From an uncultured bacterium (GTDB taxonomy: Bacteria; Patescibacteriota; Doudnabacteria; UBA920): DNA of 64,000 nucleotides. Positions 39,501 through 47,297 of this stretch are shown piece by piece (the first letter of the stretch is position 1; every line of letters begins with the position of its first letter). The translations under genes and the position numbers were made by a program. The stretch is taken from positions 181,738 through 245,737 of the forward strand of contig CAVVMJ010000010.1 in NCBI GenBank assembly GCA_963749445.1. The letters are read 5' to 3'. The notes beneath the pieces are model-generated. The model was not told the origin of the DNA. It searched no databases and was given only the letters and a program-made list of their open reading frames with translations.

Positions 39501-39639
39501 CCTCGCCGCTGGGATATGGAAATTCCACTAAAACATATTTTTTCGGCTTTTTGGCAAAATCCGCGGCCTGAAAAATTTTCTTGGTTTGCCAAACCTTTTG
39601 CCACTTGGCCTCAATTTTTTTGTGATTATACTTTTCCAT
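36533..39639 (-). CDS. leuS: leucyl-tRNA synthetase with an embedded YdeN-type serine-hydrolase domain and an R1-repeat insertion; reading frame broken by about three apparent frameshifts
   Basis: ORFs 39343..39639 (HMGH), 38477..39307, 37854..38480 ([24 protein letters not shown] editing motifs) and 36533..38113 (KMSKS: EKMSKSRGN; anticodon-binding and C-terminal domains) are collinear with LeuS; junctions at A6 (39351), T7 (about 38605) runs and inside the R1 element. Confidence 0.85.
37884..38030. repeat. R1 repeat A-spacer-B pair inside leuS coding sequence
   Basis: CCGACCACCTCCCCGCCTGACGGCGGTACTCCCCCTTGAAAAGGAGGAGAGCTCCGCG...GAGCTTCCCCTCGCTTCTTTAAGGAGGGGTGGACGCGAAGCGAACGGGGTGGTTGGAG; encodes [20 protein letters not shown]... 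in the same relative frame as the TatD copy. Confidence 0.85.
38420..38932 (-). other. YdeN/RBBP9-type alpha/beta serine hydrolase domain embedded in LeuS between the WIGKS motif and the CP1 editing domain
   Basis: [24 protein letters not shown]...[18 protein letters not shown]...LVGGFVSP...[11 protein letters not shown]...QLVHF aligns along its length with B. subtilis YdeN (YIIHGY...WFPWLKKRL...YLVAHSLGCPA...ILVSGF...SKDDQIVPF...HGGHF): Ser-Asp-His triad conserved. Confidence 0.7.
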
Positions 39640-39649
39640 AATAACGCTG

Positions 39650-39683
39650 ATTTCTTAAACTCACGGCCGTGAATTTAAGAAAT
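39650..39683. repeat. R4 hairpin (second copy)
   Basis: ATTTCTTAAACTCACGGCCGTGAATTTAAGAAAT, near-identical to 9497..9528. Confidence 0.7.
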
Positions 39684-39691
39684 ATGCTTAA

Positions 39692-40666
39692 TCAGATGTT
39701 AAATAGTTTTTTTGCATTTTTGGTCGTCGATTCCGTAACTTCTTTAATTGACAAACCTTTTATCTCCGCAACCTTATCGGCCACAAACCTTACATAGCTC
39801 GGCTCGTTTCTTTTGCCTCGATGAGGCGCCGGCGATAAATACGGGCAATCGGTTTCCAGTAAAATTTTATCAAGCGGCGCGAGTTTTACCAACTTTTCCA
39901 TATTGCCGGTTTTGTCAAATGTGATTATTCCGTTAAAGCTGACATACGCGCCGCGGTCGAGGAATTTTTGGAGATATTCTGGACTTCCCGTGTAACTGTG
40001 CACCTCAAACCTCAAACCGGCTCCAACCCCCTCCCCGCCCTTCGGGCGGTACTCCCCCTTGTCAGGGGGAGAGGCTCCGCCTATATCCTCGGTCAACTGC
40101 GGAACTTCCCCTCCTGCCAAGGAGGGGTGTCCCGCGGAGCGGGACGGGGTGGTTGGAGTTTTTTCCTCATCAAGTATCTCCAGTAAATCATCATAAAGCG
40201 ACTCATCACCTTTTGCCGGGCGACTGTGGACTACTAAAACTTTATTTAATTCTTTTGCTAATTTCACTTGCTCCCGAAATGCAGCTTTTTGTTTATCTTT
40301 GACTTGCTGATGGTCGCCATCCGCAGGAAACCGATAATAATCCAGCCCGCACTCCCCTATCCCGACAACTTTCGGGTTTGTCGCTATACTTTGGTATAGC
40401 GCTTCGTCAAAATGCTCTTCGCGGGTAAGAAAATGCGTTTCTTCTTCATCAACGTATTGGGAATGGGTATGCTCGGGATGCAAACCGACAACCGCGTAAA
40501 TCCCCTCTTTAAATTGATTAGCCAATTCCACGGCCTCTCGTGACGTGTCTATTTGCGACCCGACGTTTATGACCCAAGTATCATTATCAAGCGCCCGCTG
40601 CAAAGCTTCTTTGGCATCGCCCTTAAACGCGCGAAAATTCACGTGAGCGTGGGTGTCAATCAACAT
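39692..40666 (-). CDS. tatD: TatD family hydrolase with about 50 aa in-frame insertion encoded by an R1 pair
   Basis: MLIDTHAHVNF, GIGECGLDYYR, VVHSR, ETDCPYL motifs; 324 aa versus about 260 typical. Confidence 0.85.
   Translation of the reverse strand: MLIDTHAHVNFRAFKGDAKEALQRALDNDTWVINVGSQIDTSREAVELANQFKEGIYAVVGLHPEHTHSQYVDEEETHFLTREEHFDEALYQSIATNPKVVGIGECGLDYYRFPADGDHQQVKDKQKAAFREQVKLAKELNKVLVVHSRPAKGDESLYDDLLEILDEEKTPTTPSRSAGHPSLAGGEVPQLTEDIGGASPPDKGEYRPKGGEGVGAGLRFEVHSYTGSPEYLQKFLDRGAYVSFNGIITFDKTGNMEKLVKLAPLDKILLETDCPYLSPAPHRGKRNEPSYVRFVADKVAEIKGLSIKEVTESTTKNAKKLFNI
40021..40158. repeat. R1 repeat A-spacer-B pair, in frame inside tatD
   Basis: CTCCAACCCCCTCCCCGCCCTTCGGGCGGTACTCCCCCTTGTCAGGGGGAGAGGCTCCGC ctatatcctcggtcaactgc GGAACTTCCCCTCCTGCCAAGGAGGGGTGTCCCGCGGAGCGGGACGGGGTGGTTGGAG; encodes KTPTTPSRSAGHPSLAGGEVPQLTEDIGGASPPDKGEYRPKGGEGVGAG. 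Confidence 0.9.
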
Positions 40667-40690
40667 GAATTATGAAGAAAGAATTATGAA

Positions 40691-42304
40691 TTATGAATCG
40701 ATGCGGGGAAATAACCGTGGGATATTTTCCAATTTCGGATCTTTCAAAACCTTATCCGCCTTCGCTAAAGCTTCGGCGGATGGCCCGCTATTTATTAAAT
40801 TAAGGTGGGCCAAAATCTTTTCGCTGGTTTGAGGAAGGAAGGGAATTAAATCGGTTGCGATTTTGTGCAGCTCCGACAGCAGATATTGTATATCTTTCAC
40901 TGCTTTTTCTTTGTCAGTTTTTATAACTTTAAAGGGCTCGCTTTTCTGGATAAATTCGTCACAGGCTTTTATTTTTTGCCAAATTTGGTCCAAGGCTTTT
41001 TGGAACTGATAGCTATCCATAAATAATTTTAACCCCTCTGCCTCGGATGCACTCGGCATCTCCCCATGAATTGGGGAGAATAATATTGAGTTGGCTCTAG
41101 CCATCTTTAAAATCCTGCTGGTCAAATTCCCCAAGCCGTTGGCCAAGCCGGCGTTATAGCTTTCCACGAACTTTTCCCAGGTATAGTCGCCGTCTTCAAA
41201 GGTGGAAATTTCGCGGAGCAAAAAATAACGCAAGGCGTCTATAGCCTGCTCGTTGGTAAGGCCTTTGGATTTTAATTTGTCGATAATTTGATATGGGTCG
41301 GCCACATTGCCCAAAGATTTGGACATTTTTTGCCCGCCGCTGTTAATGAAGCCGTGGATAATGATTTGCTTGGAATTCGGCAGGCCGGCGGACATTAGCA
41401 TCGCCTGCCACATTGCCGATTGCTGCCTGAGATTGTCCTTACCCGCGATTTGGATGGCATTCGGATGCTCGTGAGTTCCCCAGAAATCGGGGAATCGGAG
41501 GTCGGATGAATCGGAGGTCGGAGCAGTATCCGATTTTCCGATTTTCCGATTTTCCGATCTATCCGATTCAGGCCAGCCCAAAGTTGAAACGTAATTTATC
41601 AGCGCGTCAAACCAGACGTACATTACGTGATCTTCGTCCTCCGGCACGGGCACGCCCCAAGGCATTTTTGATTTTAATCGCGATATGGAAAAATCGTGCA
41701 GGCCGGATTTTACAAACTGCTTAATTTCATTAAAGCGGAAATCCGGCACCACAAACTCGGGATTTTTTTCGTAAAACTCCAAAAGCGGCTGTTGGTAGCG
41801 GGAAAACCGGAAAAAATAATTTTCTTCGTCAATCAGTTCAATTCGCAAATGCGGGTGGATTAGGCACTGGCCGTCTCCGTTCAAATCGCTTTCCGTTTTT
41901 TCCAGCTCGCAGCCCACGCAGTATTTAACTTTATAAATTTTCTTATAAATATCACTCTTGTTAAAACATCTTTTCCAAAACTCCCGGCTGGCGGCAATGT
42001 GGTGCTTGTCCGTAGTGCGGATAAAATGGATGCCCGATGAAATGCCCAAAGCCGGCATCAACTGCCTAAACTTATCCGCGTACTCATCAACATAACTCTG
42101 GATATCCTTGCCGGTACTTCGCGCCTTGGCATAAACTTTTTGCCCGTGTTCGTCCGTGCCGGTATTAAAAAACACGTCCTGCTTTAACACCTCCTTGTGG
42201 TAACGGGCAATGGCATCGGCCTGGACCATTTCCAAAGCAAACCCAAGGTGCGGGTCAGCATTCACATAAGGCAGGGTGGTGGTGATGTAAAATTTATCGG
42301 GCAT
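40691..42304 (-). CDS. metG: methionyl-tRNA synthetase with two in-frame repeat-encoded insertions
   Basis: 537 aa; PYVNADPHLGFA (HIGH-type), KMSKSLGN; insertions at 41031..41101 (R2 hairpin) and 41487..41570 (TTTTCCGAT micro-repeats). Confidence 0.9.
   Translation of the reverse strand: MPDKFYITTTLPYVNADPHLGFALEMVQADAIARYHKEVLKQDVFFNTGTDEHGQKVYAKARSTGKDIQSYVDEYADKFRQLMPALGISSGIHFIRTTDKHHIAASREFWKRCFNKSDIYKKIYKVKYCVGCELEKTESDLNGDGQCLIHPHLRIELIDEENYFFRFSRYQQPLLEFYEKNPEFVVPDFRFNEIKQFVKSGLHDFSISRLKSKMPWGVPVPEDEDHVMYVWFDALINYVSTLGWPESDRSENRKIGKSDTAPTSDSSDLRFPDFWGTHEHPNAIQIAGKDNLRQQSAMWQAMLMSAGLPNSKQIIIHGFINSGGQKMSKSLGNVADPYQIIDKLKSKGLTNEQAIDALRYFLLREISTFEDGDYTWEKFVESYNAGLANGLGNLTSRILKMARANSILFSPIHGEMPSASEAEGLKLFMDSYQFQKALDQIWQKIKACDEFIQKSEPFKVIKTDKEKAVKDIQYLLSELHKIATDLIPFLPQTSEKILAHLNLINSGPSAEALAKADKVLKDPKLENIPRLFPRIDS
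41031..41101. repeat. R2 hairpin repeat in frame inside metG
   Basis: CCCCTCTGCCTCGGATGCACTCGGCATCTCCCCATGAATTGGGGAGAATAATATTGAGTTGGCTCTAGCC; near-identical 3' part to intergenic copy 2293..2345. Confidence 0.8.
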
Positions 42305-42320
42305 AATAACTGCTTTTACT

Positions 42321-42414
42321 CCTACGAACTTACGAACGGAATCGAACTACGAACTCTTGGTGTTGCCTATATCAGTGCGCCCGTTCGTAGTTCGTAAATT
42401 TCGTAAGTTCGTAG
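42321..42414. repeat. H2 spacer hairpin (GTTCGTAA tandem-repeat arms), second copy
   Basis: CTACGAACTTACGAACGGAATCGAACTACGAAC...CGTTCGTAGTTCGTAAATTTCGTAAGTTCGTAGG; other copy 1081..1170 in rplX-rplN spacer. Confidence 0.8.
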
Positions 42415-42477
42415 GAATATATAAAAAGGCTATTTCTAGCCCTTTTATTATACAATTTATTAAGATTTTGGACAAAT

Positions 42478-42822
42478 CTATTCTCGAGGATTGGCTTTTT
42501 TAAATTCTTTAAAGAAGATTTCCTTCACAACCCGATTTTCGCCTTCTCCTCTTGCTACAGCAGCATATAAACCAAGGGGTTCGCCTTTTGGTGAAAAAAG
42601 TTTATTTGATGTGCCTATATAAACCCACCCTTCTTCCGTCCCTCCGCTTGGTAAAGGGACCACCACCGGTTCGTTAACCCTATAAAGATTGCTGTCGCGT
42701 TGCAAACCTAATTGTTCTGGTGTTTTAGGATGGGTTCTTCTTGTGGACTCGGTATCATGATCAAGTTTTCTTACATCGTCTCGATTGCCTTTATCCATAA
42801 TTACCCTTTCTCCCCCGGCCAC
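42478..42822 (-). CDS. hypothetical protein
   Basis: 114 aa ORF overlapping 3' end of transporter gene by 22 bp. Confidence 0.35.
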   Translation of the reverse strand: MAGGERVIMDKGNRDDVRKLDHDTESTRRTHPKTPEQLGLQRDSNLYRVNEPVVVPLPSGGTEEGWVYIGTSNKLFSPKGEPLGLYAAVARGEGENRVVKEIFFKEFKKANPRE

Positions 42823-43783
42823 AATTCCTTAACCGTTACGGTCAGCGCCGTGGCAATGGGGATGGAAATAATTAAGCCGACAATTCCGGCCAGCTCATAG
42901 CCTACCATTAAAGCCACTAAAGTTAAAAGCGGTGAAGTGTCCGTGGTCTTTTCCATAATTTTTGGCACCAAAACGTAGCCTTCCACCTCATGTACCAAAA
43001 GATAAAGGACGGCTACCCAAATAGCCAGGCTGGGATGCTGAATAAAGCCAATAAACATGGCGGGGATGGCCGAAATAAACGGGCCGATGTAAGGCACGAC
43101 TTCAAACAATCCCGAAAGCAAAGCCAAAACCAGTGCGTATTGGACGTGCAGCAGCAGCAAGCCGATGTAGGTAAACAAAAAAATGCCGAAACTGATAATA
43201 ATCTGCCCCAAAACCCAGCCGCCCATTTTTTTTTGGATTTTGACGATTAAATTAAAAGTAAAATCGTGGTGGCGGGCGGGCAGCAAGGATGCCACAAAAG
43301 TCTTCATGCCCTTTTCTTCGGCCACCAGGTAAACCGATATGATTACCACGGCAATGGCGTTAAGCGCGCCGTTAAATACGCCAAAAGTGCTTTGCACCAC
43401 GTTGCCGCCGTTAAAGCCGGAAACCAAACTTTGCAAAAAGCCCTGGACGTCCAAACCGCCGAACTGCGATTGCAGCGCCTGGCCGTATTGCGGCAAATTA
43501 GCCTGCAAAATTTTTATTTCCCGGATTACGGGCGGGATCATCAAATAAATGACCAGCGCGGCCAGGCCGATAAAAATTACGTAAACCGCAAACACGCTTA
43601 AAACCCGCGGCACTTTTTTTCGTGCAAGGCGTCCACCAAAGGCTCCATCGCCGAGGCTAAAATAAGGGAAATTAACAGCAGGAGAATAATGTCGCGGATC
43701 AGCCACAAAAAAACCAAAGCCAAAAACACAAACACGACCTGCAAAATAATTTTGGTGGACCGGTCCAAATCCTGATAGCGCAT
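42801..43783 (-). CDS. AI-2E family transporter (UPF0118), one apparent frameshift in a T7 run near 43610
   Basis: ORF 43598..43783 gives first TM helices, ORF 42801..43706 remainder; 8 TM helices, conserved GxxxxP and ALxVG-type regions. Confidence 0.7.
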
Positions 43784-43866
43784 AACGTGTGTAAATTATT
43801 ACGTAATCTATTACATATTTAATTACGTAACTCCTTTAAATTATAGCATAAAAAGCAAAAACCGGC

Positions 43867-44091
43867 CTACTGGGACCGGTTGATAGCATTTTGTTGTGAT
43901 AATATCTTTTTTGCTTCTTCAATCTCAACCGTTGTCTTCTTAATCCCCTCCAGGCAGTAAGCAATTATCTGTTCACGCAAAAAATCATTTAGCCCGTCAT
44001 TTTGTAAATCTCTGATTAAGATATTCTTAATTGTCTCATCAAGCGCCGATGACTTAATCAACGAAATTATTTTATTTACTGAATTATCCAT
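43867..44091 (-). CDS. hypothetical small protein
   Basis: 74 aa helical ORF. Confidence 0.35.
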   Translation of the reverse strand: MDNSVNKIISLIKSSALDETIKNILIRDLQNDGLNDFLREQIIAYCLEGIKKTTVEIEEAKKILSQQNAINRSQ

Positions 44092-44241
44092 AAAAAGTTA
44101 AAACCCAGTCGCGGCCGCGCGCATTAATTCAGAAAAACCGACGATGGCGATAGTACCTTTTACGATATTATCCCTTGCCTCTTCTACTCTATCTTTTTGC
44201 TCCACAGGAGCGGGTCCATATTCTGCCATATGGGTATCCTT

Positions 44242-45174
44242 TCAATTTTTATTTCTTAATTTTTTTAATATCTCAATATCTGCCTTTACCTTATCATGTT
44301 CTGTTTCAAATATCAATGGCATGTCAAGGCCAACAGCGCCGAAGGCATCATTATTTCTCTCCCCCTTCGGGGGAGATGTCGCGTTTGACGCGACGGAGAG
44401 GGTGCCAAAATAACGGATAAGCGCCCCAAAACCCTTTTCCCCGATTTTACCGTCGCCAATGTGCTCGTGACGGTCTTTTTTGCCGCCAAGGTCTATTTTG
44501 GAGTCGTTAATGTGGCTCATTTTTAGCCATTTGAGGCCAATGATTTTATCAAATTTTTTAAAAACCGATGACACCGCCGCGTCGTCGCGCAAATCATAAC
44601 CGCTGGCAAAAGCGTGCTGGGTATCAAAACAAATGCCGCCAAAAGTTTTAAATTTCACCAACGGTTTCATAAGTTCAGCCAACTGTTCAAACGTGCCGCC
44701 TAAAGTTTCCCCGGCTCCAGCCGCTATCTCGAGCAGAAACTGCGTGTCGCCCTGATATTTTTTTAGAACTTCTGATAAGCCTTCTTTAGCCTGCTTTAAA
44801 GCCTTCTCTTTTCCCAGATCCTTACCGCTGCCCAAATGCGTCATCACATATTTTGCGCCAAGTAAATTTGCGCGCTTTAATTCTTCCCCAACAACGGAAA
44901 TTGAGCCGTGATAAATTCTTGGCGCCTTTGAACCAAAATTGATGAAATAAGGGCAATGGACCACAAAAATATCTAGCTGATATTTTTGCATCTCATCTTT
45001 AAATCTTTCAATCATTAAATCATTCAATTCCGGAGCTTTCCCTCCCATCGGCGGCCGCGTGAAAATCTGGAAAGTTTCGCAGCCCAAAAGAGCCGCGTTT
45101 TTTGGCGCGTTAAAAACCCCTCCCGCGACGGAAACATGGCAGCCGATTAACAGTTTATTTATCATCGACCTCAT
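44242..45174 (-). CDS. nfo: endonuclease IV (AP endonuclease, TIM barrel) with a short in-frame palindrome-encoded insertion
   Basis: GCHVSVAGG, HxxYLINL-type and HDxxGxG metal-binding blocks; palindrome TCTCTCCCCCTTCGGGGGAGATGTCGCGTTTGACGCGACGGAGAGGG at 44353..44410 in frame. Confidence 0.8.
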   Translation of the reverse strand: MRSMINKLLIGCHVSVAGGVFNAPKNAALLGCETFQIFTRPPMGGKAPELNDLMIERFKDEMQKYQLDIFVVHCPYFINFGSKAPRIYHGSISVVGEELKRANLLGAKYVMTHLGSGKDLGKEKALKQAKEGLSEVLKKYQGDTQFLLEIAAGAGETLGGTFEQLAELMKPLVKFKTFGGICFDTQHAFASGYDLRDDAAVSSVFKKFDKIIGLKWLKMSHINDSKIDLGGKKDRHEHIGDGKIGEKGFGALIRYFGTLSVASNATSPPKGERNNDAFGAVGLDMPLIFETEHDKVKADIEILKKLRNKN

Positions 45175-45376
45175 TCCAATCTTTTACGGAAATCTCAGCT
45201 TGGCGCAGGATTTCCGACACTAAATATTTTGAAATGTCGCCCTTGTGCGGATTTGGGATACGAACTTTTAAAGCACCTTTGGCCATAAACAAATGACGGC
45301 CGCCGGAATACGGGCCGTCAAAACCAAATTGGCGAAATTTTAATATTAACTTCTTTAAGGAAATATTTTTAGGCAT
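45155..45376 (-). CDS. hicA: HicA/YcfA-like mRNA-interferase toxin
   Basis: 73 aa; KKLILKFRQFGFDGPYSGGRHLFMAKGALKVRIPNPHKGDISKYLVSEILRQAEI matches YcfA/HicA dsRBD-like fold pattern. Confidence 0.6.
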   Translation of the reverse strand: MPKNISLKKLILKFRQFGFDGPYSGGRHLFMAKGALKVRIPNPHKGDISKYLVSEILRQAEISVKDWNEVDDK

Positions 45377-45623
45377 ACTTAACCACAGCCAAATTTTTTA
45401 TTTTGGCGGCCTTGATTTTAAAACCGCTTATCGGCCTCCGGTCGCGCAACTGCAAAACCAGCCAGTCTTCCAGTACGTCCCGAAGCTCAATTCGGCAACC
45501 TTCCAATGTTCTTGCGTTTGCCCATACGCCCGGCAGTCCCGGAATCTCGCCAAAATACGACCCGCCTTTTAGGATCTTATACTTTGCAATTTTTAGCTTA
45601 TTCCTTATAAATTCCGTAAGCAT
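45369..45623 (-). CDS. hicB: HicB-like antitoxin (UPF0150 family)
   Basis: 84 aa; YFGEIPGLPGVWANARTLEGCRIELRDVLEDWL matches HicB N-terminal RNase-H-like fold signature; 8-bp overlap with hicA. Confidence 0.6.
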   Translation of the reverse strand: MLTEFIRNKLKIAKYKILKGGSYFGEIPGLPGVWANARTLEGCRIELRDVLEDWLVLQLRDRRPISGFKIKAAKIKNLAVVKYA

Positions 45624-45665
45624 ACTAATATTATATAATAACGTTTATATAAAAGCAATCTTTTC

Positions 45666-46950
45666 TTATTGCTTGATGTTTTCCACTTCCAATATCTTCT
45701 TGAATTGGGTGTCGATTTTGTAAGGGCCGATGACGGCTAGGGTCAGGTTTTTATTTTGGAAGAGGTCACGCGCGACTTTTTGGATGATGGGTGATGTGAC
45801 AGCGTCAATTCTTTTAAAAATTTCCTCCGGGGTTTCGATTTTTTTATAAAACGCGGCGCGTTCCAAAAACCAATCCAAGCCGGACCTGGTTGTCTTCCAA
45901 GGCTAAGACGGTTTTACCCTTAATGTATTCTTTAGCTTTTTGAATTTCTTTTTCGCCGACGGGCGCATCTTTTATCTTTTTTAATTCGCCGATAATAACC
46001 TAAGTCGCTTCGCTGATTTTATCCACCTGCACGCCCGCGCTAACCGTAAACGATCCTGTGTCCTGATAACTCCCCGGACTACAACGCACGTAATATCCCA
46101 AACCGCGTTTCTCCCGCACTTCAGTAAAAAGCCGGCTGGACATTCCCCCGCCGAGAATGGATGCCAAAACCGAAACCGCGGAGTTGCGGCTGTCGTTATA
46201 AGCAAACCCCTTAAAGCCCAACGCCAAGTGCGCTTGCTGGGTATCTTTGTATTCAATTTTTACGCGCTGATGGTTTTGTTTATCTTTTACTTTATTCCAA
46301 CCGTAAAAACGTTTTTTCGGATACGTCTGCCAATATTTTTTTATCAGCTGATCTAATTGCCGCGTATCATACTTCCCCGAAACTCCCAAAATCATATTTG
46401 AAGTTTGGTAATGGCGACCGATATAGTCTAAAAACATCGCGCGGTCAAATTTGGTAACGGTTTGTTTGGTGCCGGCAATGTCACGGCCCAAGGCATCGTT
46501 CGGCCACATTGTCCGCTCCAGAACATTGTCCACTTCCATCATGGGGGTGTCTTTATACATATTTATTTCTTCTACAATAACGCCCTTTTCTCGCTCCATT
46601 TCCGCTTTATCAAGCAGCGGATTTTGGATCATGTCCGTAAGAATTTCAAAAATCAGCGGCAGATGTTTGCTGGCCGCTTTAATATAAAACTGCGTGTACT
46701 CCTTGCCCGTGCTGGCGTTCATTTCCCCGCCAATGGCGTCCACGACCTCCGATATGGCCATGGCCGAAGGATATTTTTTACTGCCCTTGAACAAAAAATG
46801 CTCCAAAAAATGCGAAATGCCGTTTTCTTTTGGCGTCTCGCTCCGGCTACCCGTCTTCACAAAAAAATCCACCACTACGCTTTCAGCATCATGGCTGGGG
46901 ACTTCAATGACGGTTAAACCATTGGATAATGTTTTTTTGCTATACTTCAT
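45666..46950 (-). pseudogene. M16 (pitrilysin) family zinc peptidase disrupted by an in-frame TAG (46000) and a frameshift near 45880
   Basis: HFLEHFLFKGSKKYP (HxxEH zinc motif) in ORF 46000..46950; translation continues past TAG as VIIGELKKIKDAPVGEKEIQKAKEY... then shifts into ORF 45666..45878 (M16 C-terminal LTLAVIGP). Confidence 0.6.
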
Positions 46951-47297
46951 GCCGTTTCTAAAATTCTAGCGCCTGATTCTCAGGATCAATTCTCGAAATT
47001 AATGCTTTAAGATCAACTAGTAATTCCTCATATTCGTCCCAGCCAACTGGTTGCTTGCTTCTATATCTTGTCAAAGCTTGCAAGGTTCTTTGAGAGATAT
47101 TTGCCGCATCTACTTTTAACGCAGTGGGGTCATATTCTAGGCCCTAATGTCCTAAATCTTCCTGGGAATCGGCCTGAACTGATATCTTAGCTTCAAGTTT
47201 TGGAACAAGCTCGACCAAGGCCATGGCCAAAGCCCGAAGCCGGTCATACTCACTTTCTCCCATGGGTAGAAATTTGCTTTCTCTGCCTATCATAATT

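Noticed and set aside
45981-46256. ORF 45981..46256 (-) as a separate gene
   Set aside because: It is an out-of-frame reading of the M16 peptidase region with Arg/Trp-rich composition.
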